Source: Candidatus Latescibacterota bacterium
Lineage (GTDB): Bacteria; Latescibacterota; UBA2968
Assembly (NCBI GenBank): GCA_965222605.1
Contig: OZ244960.1
Location: 3,584,001 to 3,648,000 of the forward strand
DNA length: 64,000 bases
Reading direction: 5' to 3'
A program made the translations under genes and the position numbers. Under the pieces are notes generated by a model that saw only the letters and a list, made by a program, of their open reading frames with translations, was not told where the DNA came from and did no database searches. Positions 56,882 to 64,000 of the stretch are shown one piece after another. Positions within the stretch are counted from its first letter, which is position 1. Each line of letters starts with the position of its first letter.

Positions 56882-57322
56882 ATGGCAAAGCATGAACCTT
56901 TGAGCGATAAAAAGCTCGCGTTTTATAAAAAAATTCTGGCTGAGCGCAAGCGCGAGTTGCTCAAGCAAGTGCTCAGTCAAGATGAAGACCTCGACGAAAT
57001 TAGAGGTGATGTCGCAGCCGATCCACTCGATGCGGCGGGCAATGCGTCGTCGTTGGAGTTGATGACGTCGCTGGGGAATCACGAGCGGCGCGAATTGGCG
57101 GAGATTGACAATGCCTTGCAAAAAATTGAAAATGGATCTTATGGGTTTTGCGAAGAATCCGGAGAACCCATTCATCCCCTGCGGCTCGAGGCTATGCCCA
57201 CGGCGCGTTATACAGTACAGGTTCAGGAACGGCTCGAGCGTACACCCCAACAGTTTAGTCGGCCCCGCCGCCGCGTTTTGAAGCGCGAAGATTTGCCCAT
57301 ATCTACAGATGACGATGAGTGA
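56882..57322 (+). CDS. TraR/DksA-family transcription factor, single-Cys (Zn-free type)
   Basis: Coiled coil with DPLDAA tip; IDNALQKIENGSYGFCEESGEPI...RLEAMPTARYT. Confidence 0.85.
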   Translation: MAKHEPLSDKKLAFYKKILAERKRELLKQVLSQDEDLDEIRGDVAADPLDAAGNASSLELMTSLGNHERRELAEIDNALQKIENGSYGFCEESGEPIHPLRLEAMPTARYTVQVQERLERTPQQFSRPRRRVLKREDLPISTDDDE

Positions 57323-57348
57323 CTTTGAAATTTTTTGGTGATTTCATG

Positions 57349-57380
57349 GCCGTCAGGTACGCCCTGACGGCTTTCTATTT
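57349..57380 (+). terminator. Intrinsic terminator after the DksA-like gene
   Basis: GCCGTCAGG-N5-CCTGACGGC followed by TTTCTATTT. Confidence 0.65.
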
Positions 57381-57391
57381 TAGGAGGATCC

Positions 57392-58690
57392 ATGTCCCAA
57401 TCATTGTTTAGCGATGCCAGTCAACGGCTCGATGAGGCCCTTGCTTATGCTTCTATTTCCGAGGAGGCGATTGAGCGGCTCAAATTGCCCAAGTCGAGTT
57501 TGAAAGTTTCTATCCCGGTGCGGATGGATAACGGCGAGTTGCGCATTTTCCCCGGCTATCGGGTGCGCTACGACGATACGCGAGGTCCCACCAAAGGGGG
57601 CATTCGCTACCACCAGGATGTGTCTATTGACGAGGTGCAGTCCCTGGCTTTTTGGATGACTTTCAAATGTGCGGTCGTCAATTTGCCCTTTGGTGGCGGC
57701 AAGGGCGGCATAACGGTTGATCCCAAGGAGTTGTCCCTTTTTGAACTGGAACGGCTCAGTCGGGGCTATATTGACGCCATGGCCGATTTTATCGGTCCGG
57801 ATATCGATATTCCCGCGCCAGATGTTTATACCAATGAGATGATTATGGGCTGGATGGTAGATCAGTACAGTATTATTAAGCGGCAGATTACGCCAGCGGT
57901 GATCACGGGCAAGCCTTTGACCATGGGAGGGAGTCTGGGGAGGGACAAGGCGACTGCCATGGGGGCCTTTTTTACTATGGAGGCGACTTTGCCCAGGCTC
58001 GGGTTGAGTGGCTCGCCCGCTACCACGACCGTGGCAGTGCAGGGTTTTGGCAATGCCGGTGCTATTATCGCCGAGTTGCTTTTTAATGCCGGTTACAAGG
58101 TCGTGGCGGTGAGCGATTCCAAGGGGGGGATATATCGACGAGAGGGTCTCGATATTCCCAGTGTGCGGCAGTTCAAGGATTCGACCCGCGCGCTCAAGGC
58201 GGTTTATTGTGAGGGTAGTGTGTGCAATGTGGTTGATTACGATACGATTACCAATGAGGAATTGCTCGCGCTCGATGTCGATATCCTGGCTCCAGCGGCG
58301 TTGGAGAACCAGATTACAGCGTCCAATGCCCGCGATATTAAGGCGAGGGCGGTGTACGAACTGGCCAATGGCCCGACTACCCCAGAGGCCGACGAGATTT
58401 TGCGTGGGCGGGATGTGATGGTGTTCCCCGATATTCTGGTCAATGCCGGCGGCGTGACCGTGAGTTATTTTGAATGGGTGCAGAATCGGCAGGGTCTATA
58501 CTGGACTCTAAGTGAGGTCAATCAGCGGCTGAAACAGAAGATGGTCGAGGAGACAGAGCGCGTTTGGGATATTGCTCAGACACAGGGTATTTCCCCGCGC
58601 ACCGCGGCTTATGTCCACGCTTTGAACAGAATCGGCGATGCGGTGCAAGCCAGGGGTACCAAGAGCTATTTCACGGGTGGGAGTGATTGA
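57392..58690 (+). CDS. gdhA: Glu/Leu/Phe/Val dehydrogenase, probably glutamate dehydrogenase
   Basis: RGPTKGGIRY, MTFKCA, LPFGGGKGG, DIPAPDVYT, VQGFGNAG, ELANGPTT and NAGGVTVSYFEWVQN. Confidence 0.9.
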   Translation: MSQSLFSDASQRLDEALAYASISEEAIERLKLPKSSLKVSIPVRMDNGELRIFPGYRVRYDDTRGPTKGGIRYHQDVSIDEVQSLAFWMTFKCAVVNLPFGGGKGGITVDPKELSLFELERLSRGYIDAMADFIGPDIDIPAPDVYTNEMIMGWMVDQYSIIKRQITPAVITGKPLTMGGSLGRDKATAMGAFFTMEATLPRLGLSGSPATTTVAVQGFGNAGAIIAELLFNAGYKVVAVSDSKGGIYRREGLDIPSVRQFKDSTRALKAVYCEGSVCNVVDYDTITNEELLALDVDILAPAALENQITASNARDIKARAVYELANGPTTPEADEILRGRDVMVFPDILVNAGGVTVSYFEWVQNRQGLYWTLSEVNQRLKQKMVEETERVWDIAQTQGISPRTAAYVHALNRIGDAVQARGTKSYFTGGSD

Positions 58691-58691
58691 T

Positions 58692-61600
58692 GTGAATGGA
58701 AATCATTCTATGAATATTGGGAGAGTGTTACAGGGCGGACTGTTCACGAGCGATTTTCTCATAGATGCTGTCCAGGAGATGGACGAATGGCAGAGGTGGG
58801 ATGATGGGGCGGTACTTGAGACCGAACTTCAAAATATCTTCAATGCCTTCCCAATAGATCAGAAACCCAATGAAAGCCAGACTGAAGACGATATGATCTG
58901 GCCTATCCTCAACTGCCTCGGATGGAAAGCATACCTGCGGCAACAAAATTTGACGCCTCGTGGGCGTGATGATGTACCTGACGGCCTTTTGTTTGAGGAC
59001 GATGCACACAAGGCGCGTGCCAATGATTTCGCCGAGGAGTGGAGACGCTACGAGTGGGGCCTGGCAATTGTGGAATCCAAGCGGTGGAACCTGCCACTTG
59101 ACCGCCGATCTGCCCAGCGTACAACTGCGCCCTCAACACAGATGCTTCGTTATTTGCGTCGGGTGGATGAGTTGACCGAGGGCAAGTTGCGCTGGGGCAT
59201 ACTCACAAATGGCGCGCAGTGGCGGCTTTATTTTCAGGGGGCGCGGTCTGTTTCCGAGCAGTTTTTTGAGATAGATCTCGCGGCAGTGCTCGGTCCTGAA
59301 GGCAGTGCTTTTTCCGAGGATGAGCGACGCCACTGTTTGAAGTTGTTCGCGTTGTTTTTTGGGCGAGATGCGTTTCTGCCAGGTGCGGAGGATCCGCGTA
59401 CCTTTCACGAGCGCGTGCTCGATGAGGGGCGGTTCTATCAAGAGCGCGTGGCGAACAGTCTATCCGGGGTGGTCTTTTCTCGAGTCTTTCCCAATTTGGC
59501 CCGTGCTATTGCTGATGCTGCGCCAAATGCGCCCTTGTCAGAGGTGCGTGATGCCGCCCTGGTGTTGCTCTATCGCCTGCTTTTTATTTTATATGCCGAG
59601 GATCGCAACCTGCTACCGGTGCGCGATGATCGTTATGATGATTACGGTTTGCGCCGGGTACGCGATGATATTGGGAAGCGCAAAGCACAAGGTGATGTGT
59701 TCTCCGAGACCGCTGCACGCTATTATCCGGCTGTTGATGACCTTTGCCGCGCCATTGATGAGGGGGATTCCTCCATTGGTCTGCCACCGTATAACGGCGG
59801 CCTGTTCGACCGGAAAAGTACACCCCTTTTGGCTCAGATTAAGCTGGGCGATCAGGTGATGGCCGATGTTATTGATGCGCTTTCATTTGAGGGTGGGCGG
59901 TATATCAATTACCGCGACTTGAGCGTTGAGCAACTGGGGTCGATTTACGAGCGATTGCTCGAACACGAGGTCGTGCGCGAAGGGGACGAGATTGTGGTGC
60001 GTCCGAATGTGTTTGCGCGGAAGGGGTCGGGTAGTTATTACACGCCGGATGCTCTCGTGCGCCTGATTCTCAAGGAGACGGTTGAGCCGTTGGTGCAGGC
60101 ACGTATGGATGCTTTTGCCAAGCAGGTTGAAGAGATCGTGGGTAGTAGCGCGAGCGAGGGGTTTAAGCGAAAGGCACTCGCGCAAGTTGATCCGGCAGAG
60201 AAATTACTCGATCTGAAAATTTGCGATCCGGCAATGGGATCGGGGCACTTTTTGGTCAGTTTGGTGGATTATCTTTCCGACTACGTCATTGCAGCAATGG
60301 CCGAAGTAGATAGCGCGGGCTATGTTTCGCCACTGACTGAGCGCATTGATGCTATTCGCCAGACGATCTTGTCCAATGCCAAACAGCGCGAGTGGGCCAT
60401 AGACGAGGCACAACTCGATGACCGGCACATTGTGCGACGCATGGTGCTCAAGCGGTGCGTTTATGGGGTGGATAAAAATTCGATGGCAGTGGAACTGGCT
60501 AAGGTGTCGCTGTGGCTGCACACATTCACTGCGGGCGCGCCGCTGAGTTTTTTGGATCATCATCTGCGGTGTGGCGATAGTTTGTTTGGGTGCTGGGTTA
60601 GTCAGGGTATTAATAAGGCCATGGAAGAGGGTAGTCCCCTGTTTTTGAATGAGCCAATACAGCGGGCAACGGGGGCCGCACAAGCGATGCAGTTGATTGA
60701 GGAATTGACCGATGCAGAGATTGAGGAGGCCGGGCGTTCTGCGGAATTGTTTGCGGATATGCAGGCGGGCACGCAGCCATTGGATGCGTTTTTGTCGCTG
60801 ATTCACGCATTAGAGTGGTTGGATGTGCGGGGCAAGGAGGATAAGATCATCCTTCGCGCTTTTTTTGATAGCCTGTTCGGCAATCCCGTGGAGATTGCGG
60901 CAGGGACGGTTGAGGTGCGGATGGATGTGCCGGGGGCAGAGCGATTTGTGGAATTGCTGACTGAAGCGCGTGAACAGATTGCCCAAGAGGGCTTTATGAA
61001 CTGGCAGGTGGCGTTTCCCGGTGTTTGGCAAGATTGGCGATCTGCTACACCGCGTGGCGGCTTTGATGCGGTGATCGGCAATCCGCCGTGGGACAAGGTG
61101 AAGTTGCAACAAGTGGAGTGGTTTGCGGCGCGACGGCCTGAGATTGCTCTCGCCCAACGCGCGGCAGATCGCAAGCGTATGATTGGGGCATTGCAGAAGT
61201 CCGGCGATCCGCTATTCGCCGAGTTCGAACGAGCAGATGAACGCGCCAAGTCCGCGGGGCGCGTAGCGCGCAAATGGGGCGACTATCCCTTCTTAGCGCG
61301 TGGCGACATTAACCTGTATTCGCTGTTTGTGGAGCGGGCAATGGCACTGGTGAAGGAGGATGGCGTGGTAGGCTTGCTAACACCTTCGGGTATTGCCTCT
61401 GACAAGACAGCCGCGCCGTTCTTCCATTCGGTTTCGACAGAGGGACGATTGCGGGCGTTGTACGATTTTGAGAACCGCCGCACACGCTACACTGTGCCAC
61501 CATTTTTCCCAGATGTGGATAGCCGTTTCAAGTTCTGCGCGTTTGTGGCAAGTCCATCGCCAACTACTGATCCCGCCCGCTGCGCTTTCTTCCTTCAGGA

Positions 61601-62729
61601 TGTTGCGGAATTGGAAGACGAGAATAGCTGCTTCTCTCTGACGGCAGAGGATTTTGCCAGCGTCAATCCCAACACCGGCACTGCGCCCATTTTTCGCCTT
61701 CGCAGAGACGCGGAACTAACGACCACGATTTATCGCCATTTGCCTGTACTCGTGAATCGCTCGGCAGGTGAGGAAGTCAAGGCTTGGCCGGTGAGATACT
61801 CAACGATGTTTCACATGACCAATGACTCACACCTATTCCGCACGCGGGGGGAATTAGAAGATAATGAAGGTGCGTATCCTCTCGGAGGCAATCGCTTCAA
61901 CAGTTCGAGCGGAGAGTGGGTTCCGCTATACGAAGGTAAGATGGTACAGGCTTATGATCATCGCGCTGCTAACATAGTCGTCAACCCACAGAATCGTCAT
62001 CGCCCGGCACAGCCCGTACCGGCGACACTGGAGCAACATGAGAATGCGGATTGGCTGCCCGACCCTCAGTTTTGGGTGGCGCACTCTCAGATTCCGGCTG
62101 AAGATTTCGAATGGTGGATTGGTTGGAAAGACGTAACGGCTCCTACCAATGTTCGAACAGTCATTGCCTCAATCATACCGCAATCAGGCGTTGGTAATAC
62201 GTTCCCTGTGTTGCTCCCATTAGAGAATCCCGACGCATATGCAATGGCTGCATCACTCCTTCTGGCAAATCTGAACGCGATTCCCTTCGATTATGTCGCC
62301 CGTCAGAAGGTTCAAGGCCAGCATCTCAATTGGTACATTGTCGAACAACTCCCCGTCGTCCCGCCCGACCAATACGAGTCCACCCACTTCGGCCCTAAAA
62401 TCGCCGCCGAAATCGTCCGCGATGCTGTTCTCGAACTCACCTACACCGCCCATGACATGGCTCCCTTCGCCCGCGATCTCGGCTACGAAGGCCCGCCCTT
62501 CCAATGGGACGAGAATCGCCGTCTCCACCTCAGGGCCAAACTCGATGCCTTGTTCTTCCACCTCTACGGCATCACTGACCGAGACGACATCCGCTACATC
62601 TATTCCACTTTTCCCATCGTCGAGCGTCAGGAAACCGCCTCCCATGGCCGCTACCTCTCCCGCGATCTCTGCCTCGCATGGATGAACGCCCTCACCGCTG
62701 GGGATCCGGATGCGGAGATCGCACTATAA
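58692..62729 (+). CDS. Type IIG fused restriction endonuclease / N6-adenine methyltransferase (Eco57I-like)
   Basis: PD...ESK nuclease motif, WGILTNG, LGSIYE.LL, RKGSGSYYTP, DPAMGSGHFL and IGNPPW; C-terminal target-recognition region; start uncertain (GTG 58692 or ATG 58710). Confidence 0.9.
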   Translation: MNGNHSMNIGRVLQGGLFTSDFLIDAVQEMDEWQRWDDGAVLETELQNIFNAFPIDQKPNESQTEDDMIWPILNCLGWKAYLRQQNLTPRGRDDVPDGLLFEDDAHKARANDFAEEWRRYEWGLAIVESKRWNLPLDRRSAQRTTAPSTQMLRYLRRVDELTEGKLRWGILTNGAQWRLYFQGARSVSEQFFEIDLAAVLGPEGSAFSEDERRHCLKLFALFFGRDAFLPGAEDPRTFHERVLDEGRFYQERVANSLSGVVFSRVFPNLARAIADAAPNAPLSEVRDAALVLLYRLLFILYAEDRNLLPVRDDRYDDYGLRRVRDDIGKRKAQGDVFSETAARYYPAVDDLCRAIDEGDSSIGLPPYNGGLFDRKSTPLLAQIKLGDQVMADVIDALSFEGGRYINYRDLSVEQLGSIYERLLEHEVVREGDEIVVRPNVFARKGSGSYYTPDALVRLILKETVEPLVQARMDAFAKQVEEIVGSSASEGFKRKALAQVDPAEKLLDLKICDPAMGSGHFLVSLVDYLSDYVIAAMAEVDSAGYVSPLTERIDAIRQTILSNAKQREWAIDEAQLDDRHIVRRMVLKRCVYGVDKNSMAVELAKVSLWLHTFTAGAPLSFLDHHLRCGDSLFGCWVSQGINKAMEEGSPLFLNEPIQRATGAAQAMQLIEELTDAEIEEAGRSAELFADMQAGTQPLDAFLSLIHALEWLDVRGKEDKIILRAFFDSLFGNPVEIAAGTVEVRMDVPGAERFVELLTEAREQIAQEGFMNWQVAFPGVWQDWRSATPRGGFDAVIGNPPWDKVKLQQVEWFAARRPEIALAQRAADRKRMIGALQKSGDPLFAEFERADERAKSAGRVARKWGDYPFLARGDINLYSLFVERAMALVKEDGVVGLLTPSGIASDKTAAPFFHSVSTEGRLRALYDFENRRTRYTVPPFFPDVDSRFKFCAFVASPSPTTDPARCAFFLQDVAELEDENSCFSLTAEDFASVNPNTGTAPIFRLRRDAELTTTIYRHLPVLVNRSAGEEVKAWPVRYSTMFHMTNDSHLFRTRGELEDNEGAYPLGGNRFNSSSGEWVPLYEGKMVQAYDHRAANIVVNPQNRHRPAQPVPATLEQHENADWLPDPQFWVAHSQIPAEDFEWWIGWKDVTAPTNVRTVIASIIPQSGVGNTFPVLLPLENPDAYAMAASLLLANLNAIPFDYVARQKVQGQHLNWYIVEQLPVVPPDQYESTHFGPKIAAEIVRDAVLELTYTAHDMAPFARDLGYEGPPFQWDENRRLHLRAKLDALFFHLYGITDRDDIRYIYSTFPIVERQETASHGRYLSRDLCLAWMNALTAGDPDAEIAL

Positions 62730-62791
62730 TTTATCCGCAGATGGTGAAATTGAGGGATCAGTGACGGGGAGTGTGAAAAGGAGATTGTATT

Positions 62792-64000
62792 ATGAGTGAT
62801 GAAAAGCCTGAAAATGGGAAAAAGAGATCGCTGAGTCGTTGGGGCCGAGCCGTTTTGAGGAGGGGGAAGATACAGGTTAGTCGGTTGCTCCGCGCCATTA
62901 TGGATAGACGGTTTTGGAGGGTTTGGTTCGGGCGAATCAAGTGGTTTATCCTTGTTACAGTCAAGTGGGTTGCCTTTATCATAGTATTCTGTATATGGCC
63001 GATAGGGTTGTTGGTTCTTTTGTATGAACTCATAGTCTGTTTATTTCCATCGTTGGCTGATTTATTATCTCCATCTTTGACTGACTTATTTCCCAGTTTG
63101 AAAGACTTGTTTAACCGCGAAGCTGACCCGGATGCAGACCTGTTCAGTCGTGTGCGCGTGAACATGGTGATCCTAACAGCGTGGGTTGGTGTGTTCTTTC
63201 TTGTCTGGCGCACGAGGATCGCGGACAAGCAAACGCAAATCAATCAAGAAAGCCACTACACCGAGCTTTTTACCAAAGCAGTGGAGCAGCTTGGCGCAGT
63301 TCGTGAGATACATGGCAAGGAGCCTGAACCTGCTATTGAGATACGGATCGGCGCAATCTATTCCTTGGAGCGGCTTGCGAAGGACAGCGAGCGCGATTAT
63401 GGCCCCATCATTGAAACACTCGCCGCCTATATCCGCGAGCACTGTCGCGATCCAGAATCTTTTGATGATAAGAAATTGAGCGAAGATGAGTTAAAGCAGG
63501 CGCGGCAGAAATGGATTGATTCGCTACGTAAAAATCCTCCAGTGAACCGCTCCGATGTAGCAGCGGTCCTGACGGTACTGAGCCGCCGGGAACAGAACCG
63601 ACACTGGACCAGCACGAGCGAAAATGAGACTCAACCCGACTTCACCGGGGCAAACTTTCAGAATACAATCCTATCGGCAGTTGATTTATCGGGCGCGAAA
63701 TTTTTAAGAGCCGATTTATCGGGCGCGAACCTTGAGAAAGCCAAACTGATTGGCGCGAACCTATCAGACGCGAACCTTCGGGAAGCCAAGCTTAAGGATG
63801 CGAACCTTGCGGTAGTAGATCTATTCTACGCGGACCTTAGGCAAGCTAAGCTATCAGGCGCGAACCTTCAGGAAGCTAAACTAGTTGGTGCGAATATTGA
63901 GAAAGCTAAACTGATTGACGCGAACCTTCAGGAAGCCGAGCTTGAGGGTGCGAACCTTGCGGGGGCCGAGCTTGAGAACGCACTTCTTGTCGGAGCACAG
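62792..64000 (+). CDS. Membrane-anchored pentapeptide-repeat protein (runs off the window end; absent from the ORF track)
   Basis: AAGGAG RBS, ATG 62792; TM segments, FTKAVEQLG...RIGAIYSLERLA...LAAYIR, then A(N/D/K)Lxx repeats to the window end. Confidence 0.87.
   Translation, partial: MSDEKPENGKKRSLSRWGRAVLRRGKIQVSRLLRAIMDRRFWRVWFGRIKWFILVTVKWVAFIIVFCIWPIGLLVLLYELIVCLFPSLADLLSPSLTDLFPSLKDLFNREADPDADLFSRVRVNMVILTAWVGVFFLVWRTRIADKQTQINQESHYTELFTKAVEQLGAVREIHGKEPEPAIEIRIGAIYSLERLAKDSERDYGPIIETLAAYIREHCRDPESFDDKKLSEDELKQARQKWIDSLRKNPPVNRSDVAAVLTVLSRREQNRHWTSTSENETQPDFTGANFQNTILSAVDLSGAKFLRADLSGANLEKAKLIGANLSDANLREAKLKDANLAVVDLFYADLRQAKLSGANLQEAKLVGANIEKAKLIDANLQEAELEGANLAGAELENALLVGAQ

Overview
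64 kb of a bacterial chromosome. The gene content (cadherin/FN3/GLUG surface proteins with double EF-hand modules, an internalin-like LRR protein, sulfatases, many toxin-antitoxin parts) suggests a host-associated marine bacterium such as a sponge symbiont of the Gemmatimonadota/Latescibacterota type; this is inference only. 0.4-10 kb: a decaying tandem array of modular secreted proteins. One is intact (1582 aa), one is frameshifted, one is split by an IS982-like element whose removal restores the frame, and one survives as a 5' stub; two carry an unrecognised His-rich repeat domain. 13.5-15 kb: four unrelated type II antitoxin genes with no toxins, three of them still preceded by the apparent C-terminal tip of the deleted toxin. 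17.8-22 kb: an IS1380 element and a low-GC ATPase / PIN-like / RNA-ligase locus broken by a deletion. 27-30 kb: a selenium operon that the ORF track splits at UGA codons: msrP, an exported TlpA/ResA-like selenoprotein (WASW-U-G-C), Sec-containing selD and tRNA-Sec. Both UGAs have SECIS-like hairpins. 32.1 kb: a strong promoter, a short terminated RNA and an NYN-nuclease stub. The rest is metabolic or housekeeping (dgoD, gltA, a CBS-fused 2-oxoacid:ferredoxin oxidoreductase, a TldD/E pair, sulfatases, polX, a DksA-like factor, gdhA), plus a type IIG restriction-modification gene and a partial pentapeptide-repeat gene. All calls are by eye from motifs; no database searches were run.
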